Assembly (NCBI GenBank): GCA_047967505.1
Contig: CM106538.1
Length of the DNA stretch: 64,000 bases
From: Dipteris shenzhenensis
Taxonomy: Eukaryota
Direction: 5' to 3' (one strand)
Within the stretch, counting starts at the first letter, position 1; every line of letters starts with the position of its first letter. The translations under genes were made by a program, and so were the position numbers. Under the pieces are notes generated by a model that was not told the origin of the DNA, searched no databases, and saw only the letters and a program-made list of their open reading frames with translations. Below are positions 50,280-63,955 of the stretch, in pieces.

Positions 50280-50709
50280 TTCATGCACACAATTTTATGA
50301 TATGAATGTGTGATGATGTGATTATTTGGAAATAAATCCTTGTGTGATGAGAATTTTGATATGAATATGTGATGATGTAATATTTGTAATATATTTCTTC
50401 ATGCACACAATTTTATGATATGAATGTGTGATGATGTGATTATTTGGAAATAAATCCTTGTGTGATGAGAATTTTGATATGAATATGTGATGATGTAATA
50501 TTTGTAATATATTTCTTCATGCACACAATTTTATGATACGAATGTGTGATGATGTGATTATTTGGAAATAAATCCTTGTGTGATGAGAATTTTGATATGA
50601 ATATGTGATGATGTAATATTTGTAATATATTTCTTCATGCACACAATTTTATGATATGAATGTGTGATGATGTGATTATTTGGAAATAAATCCGTGTGAT
50701 GAGAATTTT
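50280..50709. repeat. 118-bp tandem repeat, about 3.6 nearly identical copies
   Basis: Unit starts (tcatgcacacaattttatgata) at 50281, 50399, 50517 and 50635. Confidence 0.95.
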
Positions 50710-50719
50710 ATTCAGTTGG

Positions 50720-51370
50720 ATAGTCTCCACTCACTTAAAGTAGAGCATTCCCAATGCTTCTCTCACTTTATTCCAACCCTTATCCTTATCATCTCCACTC
50801 ACTTAAAGTAGAGCATTCCCAATGCTTCTCTCACTTTATTCCAACCCTTATCCTTATCATATCGCTCTCTCTCTCTCTCTCACTTGTAATATATTTCACT
50901 CATAAGTATCAATTCCCAATGCTCCACTCACTTAAAGTATATCATTCCCAATGCTCCGCAAAATTTTATTCAGTTGGACAATCTCCACTCACTTAAAGTA
51001 GAGCATTACCAATGCTTCTCTCACTTTATTCCAACCCTTATCCTTATCATAGTGAACACATCGTGCCTCTCACTTTATTCCAACCCTTATCCTTATCATA
51101 GTGAACACATTGTGCATTAGTGCACTTGTATTCTTTCATCCTAGTCCTTCCACAAACACTCTCTTATTTCTTACATCCTAGTCCTTCTGAGTAACTTGTA
51201 TTCTTCTATCCTAGTCCTTCCACAAACACTCTCTTCTTTCATCCATCCTGATAACTTGTATTCTTCTATCCTAGTTCTTCCACAAACACTCTCTTCTTTC
51301 ATCCATCCTAGTGCTTCTCATTAACTTGTATTCTTCCGTCCTAGTCCTTCCACAGACACTCTCTTCTTTC
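50720..51370. repeat. Two patchwork minisatellites (~68-bp and ~60-bp units)
   Basis: ctccactcacttaaagtagagcattcccaatg...ccaacccttatccttatc repeats, then cttgtattcttctatcctagtccttccacaaacactctc repeats. Confidence 0.85.
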
Positions 51371-52439
51371 TTGCATCGTAGTCCATCTCCCTTTCTTTAT
51401 CATCTCTCCACCCATGGATGTCCTTGGCATTGTCGAAGACGTGGAGTTAGGAATTAACAATCTCAAAGAATGGATTGCTGACCAAGGAGCACAGAGAGAG
51501 GCCAGAATTTGACAAGGTTCTCCTTTGACACACATGGAGAGAGAGGAATTTGATGCACAAAGGCACGCAGAGAGGGAGGAGACTCTCAAGATAGCAGAAA
51601 GTGAAAGACTTTTAAGACGTATGATAAAAGCACGTTAAGATCTCTTAGACTTCTTAAGTAACCTGCGTTATCGTAGCTCTCGTCATGGGCGATTTGATGC
51701 AGATGCTGAGAGAACAATAAGAGCCTCTTAGAGAAATTATAAAGAAACAATTTGTGATTGCTTAAATTTCTTCTTTGCATGTAATTATGTTGAGGATACA
51801 GTTGTGGAGGCAGTGAAAGATTGGGTTGTTGAGAAGATAAGAGAGACCAATGATGAGATCTTCTAGACTTTGGGTGATTAAGAAGATATGAGACATTGTA
51901 TTAAGGTGTTTTTTGACACCATATGGCTTTGAGTTATATGATCTACTTCTTGTACAAATGTGATGTGCTCTTTTTGAAAAGTACTCTAGTTTTAATAACA
52001 TGTCACGCCATTTTTTCTAATTTGATTTCTTAAAATCTTACTTTTTGTCTCTTTTAACAATAGTTTTAATAACATCTCACGTCATTTTTTCTACTGTGAT
52101 TTTTTAACATCTTCCTTTTGACTCAATGTTTTGTTTTATAAGAGCCTGTTTTTTGTAAATGTTTAATCCAAAATTATCTCACAAAATGACTTTGGACAGT
52201 GTACGAGTCCAAAATTAATAAAATAGGTGTTTATCTACAATGGCATTGCCAACACCGTGGTCTATAAGGCTTGCATGTCAAGAAACAAACCAATGTGCTA
52301 GAGAAAAGCTTGGAGGATACCATTGTGTAAGTGGCACAATGACTTGGAAGAGTAAAAAGAAATTTGGTATCCAAACGTTTGAGATGAATGCTTTTAATAA
52401 TGTTTACATGGATGTACAGAATTTGCAGAGAGCCATGGT

Positions 52440-54443
52440 TAAATTTTATAGGATGAGACTCATGTATCACAAAAACTAGATAAATAAACTATCCCTTATC
52501 TAGAATGAACATTTGTCATATTCATTATAATAATCTTTTCCTTGTTGCAAGCCTATTCCATTGCACATTGCATCTTGATTCCCACAATGTAAACATTATG
52601 TATTTCTTGTGAACATCAAATAACTTGAGTTTATGTATCATAAGACATGGATATCCTAGAACAACAGTATAGGTTTCCAATATCCAAGCATTTCTACACA
52701 TAATACATGAGCTTATTGATTGCATTTTTTATAAGAACCAATCTCTCATAAACTCACTAAGAAATAAATAAAACTATTTTGGCAACCAAGTAGAAGGGAA
52801 AAATAAAACTATTTTGGCAACCAAATAGAAGGATTTATTTTAAATATTGAATCAATTCACTAGCTCGGAGCTCCGTATGAAGTATTGAAACTTTTTAGTT
52901 CTCCAGCTTGGTGATCTTGTATACTTATGTTCTTTAAAGTATTGAAAAAGTTTGAAATGGAAAAAAACAATCAAATATTAAGACCACCCAATAGAAAAAA
53001 TGTCCCTAAGTGAAATATCCTATTGTTATCCTCTTTTAGGCTATGTATAGCTTCTATATGAGACTTTAAGGTCCCTCATGGTAGTTCCTCTTTTTTGTGT
53101 CATTACTTGCATGATACTTGGAAATGCTTATGCAAATAAACTAATATCCCTAGATTGATCAAACCAATATCCTACATGAATGTTTGAAGTCTTTAACATA
53201 ACATTTGAAGTCCCACATACAAGAACTTTAGGACTCCCATATAGGGGTTGATCAATATTCCACATGAAACATTTGAAGTCCTAAACATGATATTTAAAGT
53301 CCCACATACGAGTTTAGAAGCCCACCATGGAAGTGAATCAACATCTCGCATGGAATATTTGATTTTTGAAATGGGATATTTAAAGTCCCTTGTAGGAGTT
53401 TGGTGGTCCCTTATGGAATTTGAAGTCTCCCATGGGAGTTTTAAGGTTCCTTATGGGATTTAAAGTCCTTTGTCAGAATTTTCTAGCCTGTTATGGGATT
53501 CGAAGTACCACATTGGAGTTTTAAGGGTCTCTTGTAGGCTTTGATCCATGTCTCACAAGGGAATTTAAGCCACATTTAGGAGTTTAGGATCCCTTATAGG
53601 ATTCAAAATCCCACATAGGAGTTTTGGAGTCCCTATTGAGATTTTATCCATGTCCCATAAGGGATTTGAATGCCATATAGGAGTTCAGGGTCCTTAAGGT
53701 ATCAGATCCATGTACGACAAGGGATTTGTAAAGTCCCATGTGCAAGATAGCAAGTTTTTATGTAAATTTCTTTGACATGATATGAAATTACATTTCTAAA
53801 GAATTAATTTGAGATTTATGAACTTAAATAGTATGTAAGAGTTTTTTTTAATAAAAACCATGTAGAAAAAACCTGGGTTATAGTAGCATCTTAAGTCCAT
53901 TTGATATGATGCTATTGCACAATAGCTCTAATGATACTAGCAACATTGATGCAATAAAGGAAGCTATACAGAGATGACGGATTTCTAAAAATTTTGTTGT
54001 GGTGAGAACTATGTTGCGATCAATGAGCATGTGTGTCAGTCCACATCATCATGTCCCACTTGTCAATTTGATTCTAGTGATGCTACGATTGATTAAAGAA
54101 TGGAGGACTACATTTATAGAAAATATATTTGGTTATGAAAACATATGTATTTGATTCTATTATTGCAAGGTACAAGGTGACACCCACATTGTCCAAAATT
54201 GCCACCAATGGTTAAGGTTCTTACAAATTATCGATGCTTTTTTTTACTCTTTTTTTTCCAGATGCAATATCGACTCTAATATCAACATTTGCTAGAGTAT
54301 TATTAATGCCCATACTGATGGTAATATATACCATAATAATATGGATGAATGTAACTATTGCATTAATGTCGATGATATGGTCTTGAGAAAAAACCTGAAG
54401 AAAAAGCATTCATAGGAAACATTGATATTGGTGTCCACGATAG

Positions 54444-54497
<54 letters not shown>

Positions 54498-55051
54498 CTT
54501 CAATTGTTATACGAGGAATCTCTTGGTCATAAATTAACCATTATAAGAAAAGAAAAGAAGAAAGCCACTTATTGACAAATGAAATAGACAATGTCCAAGA
54601 TGAGATGCTTTCTATTGTAGCTATTTCAAGATGATATGATTATTAACAATATAAATCAAGAGATTCGACATTTGGTATAAAAGAATTTTATTATGTTTGT
54701 TAATTTCACAATACTATTAAATAATGTGCAATTTTTTAATTCCAATTATGTTCATAGTATGGACATCAAGTTGTTTGTGATAAAAGATGGGGAAATCAAT
54801 TATTGGGAAGGGAGCCATACCAGAGAACATTTTAAGGGCAGGCTACAAGAGTAGGTAGGGCCTTTGTTACATGTTTAACTATCATCAAAAGTTGGAGAAA
54901 CTCTTCAGTAGCTAAGATATAAGAAATTTTGGGTGGAGGATGGTCCACCTAATAGGAGACAATGAGCAAGGGAGTTAATTGGATGGCTAGACAATCTAAT
55001 GGCCCATGTGATGCCTTCCAAAGAGGAACTAATAATTAGCTAGCATGTTTA
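52440..55051. repeat. ~2.6-kb segmental duplication, copy 1
   Basis: Nearly identical to 59181-61813. Paired ORFs in the track: 52525/59258, 53248/59993 and 54221/60967. Confidence 0.97.
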
Positions 55052-56740
55052 TGTGAAGATAGTGGGAGAGAGGGAAGGAGTCTCACTTGAGGCTTTCTCA
55101 CAAGCACAATGGGGGAATACACACAAAGGTGGAGGCTGAAAACAGTTTTCCTCTTCTTAGTTGTGAAAGCCAAAAGAACTCAAGTACAAAGAAATAGAAG
55201 AACCGTATATGTGGGTCTCAAACCAAACTCAACTAACTAAGGTGGCATACCAACTGAGCCACGAACTAGTGTAGATAAGGATAGCTATCATCCAGCTATT
55301 ATTCGTGGGCGGTGTACCAACCGCATCTCCAGCTAACAAGTCAGTGACATAAATACACAATGGTCACCCTGGCATATCGCAAGTGGAGCTCGATATCTCA
55401 ACACTCCCCCTCGAGCTCAATCCCAATTCCTGCACACCAAGCAGGTCTCTAAACTTGCGCAGCTTCTCTGCGCCCAATGCCTTCGTGAATATGTCAGCTA
55501 CCTGATCCTCTGTGCTGACATAAACTAGATCAATAAGACCTAGTAGAACCTTCTCCCACACATAGTGATAATGCACCTCAATGTGCTTTGTTCTAGCATG
55601 AAAGACTGGGTTCTTTGCCAAGTGTATGCTGCTCATGTTGTCACAATAAATGACAACTGGCCCATCTGTAGACTGATGCATATCATAGAGTAGCTTATGC
55701 AACCAAGCTACCTCACATGCAGCCATTGCTGCACCCCTGTACTCAGCCTTTGTGCTCGACAAGGCAACTGTAGGCTGTTTCTTACTGCTCCAAGTGACTG
55801 TAGCACTCCCAAAAGAGAACACATATCCACTGGTAGATTGTCTATCAGAAATACTACCAGCCCAATCAGCATCAGTGTATCCATGCAACTGTATCTGAAC
55901 CCCAGCCTCATAAAATAGTCCATACTGCAATGTGGACTTCACATACCTGAGTATGCATCTAGCCGCATCCAAATGCAGTTTCCTTGGAGCCTGCATAAAC
56001 TGACTTACCAACCCAACAGCATAGCTCAAATCTGGCCTGGTAATAGTCATGTAAATCAAACTTCCTACAGCATGTCCAGTCCATACTGCCTCTGCAAGAG
56101 CTATATCCCACTTGGTGATCTAATCACCTCAATGCCCAAGAAATAACGCAGCTCTCCCAAATCCTTTATCTCAAACTTCTGCCTCAATAGCATTTTCACA
56201 TGAAGGATATCTTCATCACTATTACCTGTGATGATCAAATCATCAACATAAATGACAAGCAGCATAATCCCTTTCTCTGTTTTTCTCACATAGAGTGAGA
56301 AATCTGCCTTGGAAATCTGAAAGCCAATAGTGACAAGATACTGTCCTATCTTGTCAGACCATGCTCTAGGTGCTTGCTTCAAGCCATACAAGGCTTTCTT
56401 TAACCTGCAAACAAACTCAGGATGAATAGCATGAATATAACCTACTGGCTGCTCCATAAAGACCTCTTCTTGCAAATCACCATGCAAGAAGGCATTCTTT
56501 ACATCCATTTGATGTAAATACCATCCCTTTGATGCGGCCATAGCAATGCCTGCTCTTACGGTTGCCATCCTTGCAACCGGGCTGAAAGTTTCTTCATAAT
56601 TAATGCCATATGTCTGTGCATACCCCTTGACAACTAATCTTGCCTTGTATCTATTCACAGAACCATCTGCATTGTGCTTGATCTTATAAACCCACTTACA
56701 GCCAATTGCATTCTTGTCTTTAGGCAAAGGCACCAATTCC
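55052..56740 (-). mobile_element. Ty1/copia G (family of F): 3' LTR plus RT-RNase H only
   Basis: LTR 55052-55403 is the reverse complement of the F LTR, with the PPT adjacent. ORFs 56101..56742 and 55364..56059, with a small deletion near 56068. Confidence 0.93.
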
Positions 56741-57309
56741 ACTCTATTTGCTCCATACTCAAAGTGAATATGTCATCCACTAGAAGAAGAGGATCACCAA
56801 AACATCTGTCATATTTGCCTTCATGTGTATGAGGTTTCTTTCGACCAACACACAACTCTTCCATTGGAATATTTTCAAGCATTAGAGGTGCAAGTCAATG
56901 TAGTCAATAGGTCAGGTAGGATTTTTATCTAGGGGGATAGGAACTCGAGCAAATTGCCTTAGTTGTTCCACATTCACCCCTTCAGGTACTCAGTGGCATC
57001 TTTCTCCATCAGAAGCATGGCACTCTTCTTGTTTGTTGATTCTTTGGCCATCTGCAGTGGCTACTCTTCTTCAGTCATACCTTTCTCGATGACTAGATTC
57101 TTCGTGAAAATCAGTTGAGAATTAAAGTAGTCTTTCTCTTTGTTGATTGGTGTGGTCCTCATGTTCATTTGGATGATCCAAAGAGGAAATGGCCAACCAT
57201 TTGAAATCCAAACCCTTTATAGAAGAATGCTCAGACTCCACTTGCCATGAGAGTCATGGCGAACTTCAGACAAGATAGCCAAGCAAGTGCTTCAGATACC
57301 GTATCTTCT

Positions 57310-57520
57310 CTCCTCACAGTTGGATTATTGTGGAACCACACACGAAATCTATGAAGTTGATTTCAGACGATTTAGTATTTTCATTCTTGATGTAAAATGG
57401 TTTAGAACTATTTACAACGGTCCCCATGCAACAGTGAGAAAAGACAGCAGCGATTTCTTTGCAATAGACTCCACCAAACTTTGGACCGATGAAAGTGATA
57501 CTTTTAATTTGTTCTTCCCG
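57310..57520 (+). pseudogene. CACTA/En-Spm transposase C-terminal (DUF4216-like) fragment
   Basis: DYCGTTHEIYEVDFRRFSIFILDVKWF...DSSDFFAIDSTKLW resembles the YG.I.EI.ELD...KWF pattern. Confidence 0.6.
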
Positions 57521-57522
57521 AG

Positions 57523-57692
57523 AACTAAGGTGGCATACTAACTGAGCCACAAACTAGAGTAGATAAGGATAGCTGTCATCCAGCTATTATTCGTGGGCGG
57601 TGTACCAACCGCATCTCCAGCTTAACAAGTCGGTGACATAAATACACAACGGTCACCCTGGCATATCGCGAGTGGAGCTCGATATCTCAACA
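57523..57692 (-). mobile_element. Partial LTR of the F/G copia family
   Basis: Matches 55235-55403 and ends ...gatatctcaaca. Confidence 0.9.
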
Positions 57693-58339
57693 ACATGTAC
57701 TTAAGCATAATTTCATATATATAATTGATGGCATTTGGCACCCATCTTCAATATAGGTGGTTTTTCTTCCGGATCATTCTGATCCAAGATGGTGGTACAT
57801 GATCCAAGTTGCACCATGAAGTAAGCAAAATTTTGAAAATAGAGATGTGGATATGGAGATGCCAATACCAATGCCAGATCCAATTCATCCAGATGAGTCT
57901 AGCGAAGAAGATGAAGATCACAATATGAGCCAAGAGGAAGATGTGCATAATGACATCATATGGGAGGAAGATGGAGATCATGATATTAAGGAAGAAGACG
58001 AAAATCATCAAGAATCACCACACTTTATTAAAGAAGATGATCAAGTACTCTTAGGTGAATGTACGATGATGATATAGGAGATCAACTCGGTATAGAGTTA
58101 GAGATAGACTTGTTTGGCATGTTAGACTTGGTTCAAGATGAAACGGTTGATGTAAATGCTCTTCATTGAATTTTTTCATCTCAAACTTAGACATGAGTAT
58201 AGGTGCTTCAAAGGCTTGATGTATATGCTCTCATACTTTTATTCTCTCAAAGGATCAAACATGTATGAAAATATAAAAAAATTTGTCATTGGAAAAAACT
58301 ATATTTTAAGGTTGGTATGGGAAAAAAAACTCTTTGTAA

Positions 58340-58567
58340 AATGTCGCTATAAAAAACTATCTCAGTGTCGCTATATAACGACCATTACCAATCTGATAAA
58401 AGTCGCTATATAGCAACTTTAGGCAAATGTCGCTATATAGTGACATTTTACTAAAGTTGCTATATAGTGAGTCTTAACAAACCCCACTTCCAATACTGAC
58501 GATTAGCGCCCCGCGCATGCTAAATGTCGATACTTAAGCATCGCAATAGGATCCGTGTGTAGTAGTG
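58340..58567. mobile_element. CACTA element terminus with subterminal repeats
   Basis: Ends gtagtagtg (reverse complement CACTACTAC). It is preceded by about 5 copies of gtcgctata. Confidence 0.75.
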
Positions 58568-59180
58568 GTAGTGGGACGAGCGATCCACCTTTAGACGATG
58601 ATTTTGTAGTAATTTAGAAAAGCATTGTAACAAAGAGGAGGGAAGAGAGTGACATTGCGAGTTCACACTCTCCCTCTCACCTAGCTTGCTAGGTTAGGAA
58701 GCCTATCACTGAGTCTTCATTGAAAGCTAAGGTGGCTTGGTTGTATCAATTCCTTCAATATATACAAATGTAGTTTCCTTTTCTCTATCAATGGTGTGTA
58801 TACTCAATGGAGTGTTGAGTTTCTAACTATTAGTTACTAAGTTCTCCTATCATCATATACTTTCTCCATCGATTCCATAACAAACCGACCTCTATTATCT
58901 CAACACCTACCTTCTACACTCAAAACTTTTAGCTACAACCTACAACATACTCACATCAAGGCAAATGAGAACCCATGAACTATCATACTTTGGGTCTAAA
59001 ATGCCATTATGAGAGAGTAATTGCTAAGAAATTGAAATGAACCCTATAGATGATGACAAATAATGTGATGTAATGTAATCATGAGAAGTATTTCCATCAT
59101 AGTAGCTAAAATATGATTTTATTTTTAATAATTGAACTTATAGTACAATAAATTGCATTGTGCATTTGATTTCACCATAT

Positions 59181-61199
59181 TAAATTTTATTCTCATGTAT
59201 CACAAAAACTAGATAAATAAACTATCCCTTATCTAGAATGAACATTTGTCATATTCATTATAATAATCTTTTCCTTGTTGCAAGCCTATTCCATTGCACA
59301 TTGCATCTTGATTTCCACAATGTAAACATTATGTATTTCTTGTGAACATCAAATAACTTGAGTTTATGTATCATAAGACATGGATATCCTAGAACAACAG
59401 TATAGGTTTCCAATATCCAAGCATTTCTACACATAATACATGAGCTTATTGATTGCATTTTTTATAAGAACCAATCTCTCATAAACTCACTAAGAAATAA
59501 ATAAAACTATTTTGGCAACCAAGTAGAAGGGAAAAATAAAACTATTTTGGCAACCAAATAGAAGGATTTATTTTAAATATTGAATCAATTCACTAGCTCG
59601 GAGCTCTGTATGAAGTATTGAAACTTTTTAGTTCTCCAGCTTGGTGATCTTGTATACTTATGTTCTTTAGAATCTTGCAAGTATTGAAAAAGTTTGAAAT
59701 GGAAAAAAACAATCAAATATTAAGACCACCCAATAGAAAAAATGTCCTTAAGTGAAATATCCTATTGTTATCCTCTTTTAGGCCCTGTAATATAGCTTCT
59801 ACATGAGACTTAAAGGTCCCTCATGGTAGTTCCTCCTTTTTGTGTCATTACTTGCATGATACTTGGAAATGCTTATGCAAATAAACCAATATCCCTAGAT
59901 TGATCAAACCAATATACTACATGAATGTTTGAAGTCTTTAACATAACATTTGAAGTCCCACATACAAGAACTTTAGGACTCCCATATAGGGGTTGATCAA
60001 TATTCCACATGAAACATTTGAAGTCCTAAACATGATATTTAAAGTCCCACATATGAGTTTAGAAGCCCACCATGGAAGTGAATCAACATCTCGCATGGAA
60101 TATTTCATTTTTGAAATGGGATATTTAAAGTCCCTTGTAGGAGTTTGGTGGTCCCTTATGGAATTTGAAGTCTCCCATAGGAGTTTTAAGGTTCCTTATG
60201 GGATTTAAAGTCCTTTGTTAGAATTTTATAGCCTCTTATGGGATTCGAAGTACCACATTAGAGTTTTAAGGGTCTCTTGTAGGCTTTGATCCATGTCTCA
60301 CAAGGGAATTTAAGCCACATTTAGGAGTTTAGGATCCCTTATAGGATTCAAAATCCCACATAGGAGATTTGGAGTCCCTATTGAGATTTTGTCCATGTCC
60401 CATAAGGGATTTGAATACCATATAGGAGTTTAGGGTCCCTTAAGGTATCAGATCCATGTACGACAAGGGATTTGTAAAGTCCCATGTGCAAGATAGCAAG
60501 TTTTTATGTAAATTTCTTTGACATGATATGAAATTACATTTCTAAAGAATTAATTTGAGATTTATGAACTTAAATAGTATGTAAGAGTTTTTTTTAATAA
60601 AAAACATGTAGAAAAACCCTGGGTTATAGTAGCATCTTAAGTCCATTTGATATGATGCTATTGCACAATAGCTCTAATGATACTAGCAACGTTGATGCAA
60701 TAAAGGAAGCTATACAGAGATGACGGATTTCTAAAAATTTTGTTGTGGTGAGAACTATGTTGCGATCAAGGAGCATGTGTGTCAGTCCACATCATCATGT
60801 CCCACTTGTCAATTTGATTCTAGTGATGCTACGATTGATTAAAGAATGGAGGACTACATTTATAGAAAATATATTTGGTTATGAAAACATATGTATTTGA
60901 TTCTATTATTGCAAGGTACAAGGTGACACCCACATTGTCCAAAATTGCCACCAATGGTTAAGGTTCTTACAAATTATCGATGCTTTTTTTTACTCTTTTT
61001 TTTCCAGATGGAATATTGACTCTAATATCAACGTTTGCTAGAGTATTATTAATGCCCATACTGATGGTAATATATACCATAATAATATGGATGAATGTAA
61101 CTGTTGCATTAATGTCGATGATATGGTCTTGAGAAAAAACCTGAAGAAAAAGCATTCATAGGAAACATTGATATTGGTGTCCACGATAGGGGAGATAGC

Positions 61200-61259
<60 letters not shown>

Positions 61260-61813
61260 CTTCAATTGTTATACGAGGAATCTCTTGGTCATAAATGAAC
61301 CATTATAAGAAAAGAAAAGAAGAAAGCCACTTATTGACAAATGAAATAGACAATGTCCAAGATGAGATGCTTTCTATTATAGCTATTTCAAGATGATATG
61401 ATTATTAACAATATAAATCAAGAGATTCGACATTTGGTATAAAAGAATTTTATTATGTTTGTTAAATTCACAATACTATTAAATAATGTGCAATTTTTTA
61501 ATTCCAATTATGTTCATAGTATGGACATCAAGTTGTTTGTGATAAAAGATGGGGAAATCAATTATTGGGAAGGGAGCCATACCAGAGAACATTTTAAAGG
61601 TAGGCTACAAGAGTAGGTAGGGCCTTTGTTACATGTTTAAATATCATCAAAAGTTGGAGAACCTCTTCAATAGCTAAGATATAAGAAATCTTGGGTGGAG
61701 GATGGTCTACCTAATAGGAGACAATGAGCAAGGGAGTCAATTGGATGGCTAGACAATCTAATGGCCCATGTGATGCCTTCCAAAGAGGAACTAATAATTA
61801 GCTAGCAAGTTTA
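59181..61813. repeat. ~2.6-kb segmental duplication, copy 2, containing (GA)n at 61201-61257
   Basis: Aligns with 52440-55051. The GA tract is longer than in copy 1. Confidence 0.97.
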
Positions 61814-62038
61814 GATGTACGAAACTTTGAAAGTTGGTGATATGGGTATGCTAATGGCCATTACTGCAAAGTAGGAAGAGATAAAGAGCAATTGCCTTAG
61901 TTCTACCTTTAGTTGAAAGATTAGTGACTACTAATTAGACCCAATGAACCTTCAACCAAGGAATGTAAAGGTAAAATAATTGAAGAGCAAATGCCTATTT
62001 GGAAAGAAATTAGATGTTCTTTGGATAAACTTGGATGG

Positions 62039-62671
62039 CTAAGTGTAAAGAGGGCAATGGGATGCACCACCATTAGAGCCCGAAAGCGCACAAGAGGCAA
62101 GGGGGCAATGGTCAGAGAATTTTTGGGCACCCCACCAGACAAGGCCCTTGCCACGAAACCCGATTGTCAGACTCAAGAATACACCCATGATTGCAGTGCC
62201 TGCATCCAACGCAGCCGATAGCACATAGTTGTAGCGCTTCCACCAGTCTTTTCGATATCGTAAAATATAGTAGTTAAAGACCATGCCCACCACAAACCAA
62301 GATGTGTAGTTGATAGTTCCTGCAGCTGGCATCCAACCCACGGCCCCGAGCAACACAGGAACATTTATGAGCTTGATCCAAGGTGCAGCTCGAGGGAAGG
62401 CTTTTGCTAGCAACCACACTACCATGGGACCCACTAGCCCAAAAATTAGCACCCAATACATGAGATTCTTGTAAGGGCCTTGACTTCCAAAAGTCCTATC
62501 AGGACCCAACACCCCCCACACTATAGTGGTGTCATAGGCCACAACATCCCAAGGGCAAGTCCATGGACTTGATTTCTCAAGCTTTCCATCCACATTGCAC
62601 ATGTGGGGTATTTCATACAACCACCATGCCGTACCGAGGTCCACTGTCCCTGCGACTATGGTACCTATCAC
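62039..62671 (-). CDS. OPT: Oligopeptide transporter, last exon
   Basis: Acceptor ttgcag|GTG. SPWTCP, WGVLGP, WWKRYNYVLSAALDAG and DHCPLASC, ending in TAG. Confidence 0.95.
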   Translation of the reverse strand: MIGTIVAGTVDLGTAWWLYEIPHMCNVDGKLEKSSPWTCPWDVVAYDTTIVWGVLGPDRTFGSQGPYKNLMYWVLIFGLVGPMVVWLLAKAFPRAAPWIKLINVPVLLGAVGWMPAAGTINYTSWFVVGMVFNYYILRYRKDWWKRYNYVLSAALDAGTAIMGVFLSLTIGFRGKGLVWWGAQKFSDHCPLASCALSGSNGGASHCPLYT

Positions 62672-62756
62672 CTGCAAGATCCTAGGTTAGCTTTGTATTG
62701 GCCAGATTTATGTGTGAGTAGTAAGTTATTATACGTTAAGAAGCAAAGCAACTCAC

Positions 62757-62939
62757 CTGGACCAAGAACATGCTCCGAGGAGGGATTTTCATATAATGTC
62801 CGAGCTTGAAGTCTACCAAGAAATATATGGCCTGCTGCATGCTCATGTGTCCGAACAACTTGAGACCCTGGTTTGCGATGGGATTCCCAGGAAAGAGGTA
62901 ACCCCCCACGAACTGCATCGTTACCATCAACGACGGCGT
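62757..62939 (-). CDS. OPT: Oligopeptide transporter, penultimate exon
   Basis: Bounded by gggcag|ACG and CAG|gtgagt. Contains the OPT signature DFKLGHYMKIPPRSMF. Confidence 0.92.
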
Positions 62940-63036
62940 CTGCCCACCACACAGATACCCACATCTTTACCTATTCATCTAGAGTATATACACAATCAAT
63001 CAAACCAAAGCAAGAGAAACCAATTAGACCACGTAC

Positions 63037-63283
63037 CATGTTTGTGGTCGCTGCGATCACCCCGATGGGTAGCGTAAAGGCTGCAGCTATGGCGCAGCCC
63101 ACCACAACTCCCCACCATGGAATGCCTACTTGAGCCTTGAACTGCACACAAATCACCATAACCCCCACCACGCACATCAACAAGAGCCCCATAAACCATC
63201 TGGCTGGGATATCCGGGTAGTGGCTCATCAATCGGGTATGCACATCCGGACGCCGCTTCCCCGCGTAGTGGTGCAGGGTTTCC
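63037..63283 (-). CDS. OPT: Oligopeptide transporter internal exon
   Basis: Bounded by catcag|G and ATG|gtacgt. Contains DVHTRLM, PWWG and FTLPIGVIAATTN. The acceptor was chosen for phase compatibility; an alternative AG exists near 63323. Confidence 0.85.
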
Positions 63284-63403
63284 CTGATGTTCAAAACATA
63301 AGCTTTAGAAGCGTTTCTCAAGCTAGTGAGAACCCGTTTTAACGCTGCAAATGATCCTCAGACAAGGCCTTACGCTCGACAAAGACTGATATTAGCTACT
63401 CAC

Positions 63404-63955
63404 GTGCCGTGAAAGAAAACGAAATGAGTGATCGTAGCCAATGGAGCTGCGAACCATAAGGCGAGGCTAATTGCAAAGAAGGTACTCAAGTACAAGTCTC
63501 CTTGCGTGAGATCTCGTCGCAAAGCAGCTGTGACGTTGTATGGACCCCCGGCTGCCGTGAAGAGCCCCGACGAAATGATTGGAAAATTCTGAGCTTTGTA
63601 GGCGTTTTTCCAGTAATACGCAAGGGGTGTTACTATGTAAACTACGGCTCCAGCTCCTACCGCCATATTAACGAGGACGGACGCAGGGTACACGAGTGGG
63701 CTACCTAAGAACGACGCAACCGCAGCCCAGTCTAGTGTGAATGCCCCGATTCCGAGTCCTGTGTACCCGGAACCTATCTGTTGGGCCTTTATGGACCGCG
63801 GCCAGATCAAGCATGCCAGTGACATGCAAGTAAGGAACGGCATAAAGTAGCCCGGGAGAACGTAGTATGCAAAGCTCACGATCGTCATGATGTAGAAGCT
63901 TTGAATCCGCGACAGGCCCGATCTTGCTTTCTTTTCATCGGGTTCATGCAATGTC
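63404..63955 (-). CDS. OPT: Oligopeptide transporter internal exon; the gene continues beyond the window
   Basis: Bounded by ctgcag|G and AC|gtgagt. Contains TLHE, AQQIGSGYTGLGIGAFTLDW and FLGSPL. Confidence 0.92.

Noticed and set aside
50280-51370. CRISPR-like array
   Set aside because: These are head-to-tail tandem units with no unique spacers and no cas genes, in a eukaryotic context.
52525-54409. Short ORFs repeated in both duplicate copies as real genes
   Set aside because: Their conservation reflects recent duplication; they have no motifs and lie in AT-rich sequence.
55052-57692. One intact copia with paired LTRs
   Set aside because: The right LTR is partial, there is no PBS, the flanks differ and the interior is non-copia.
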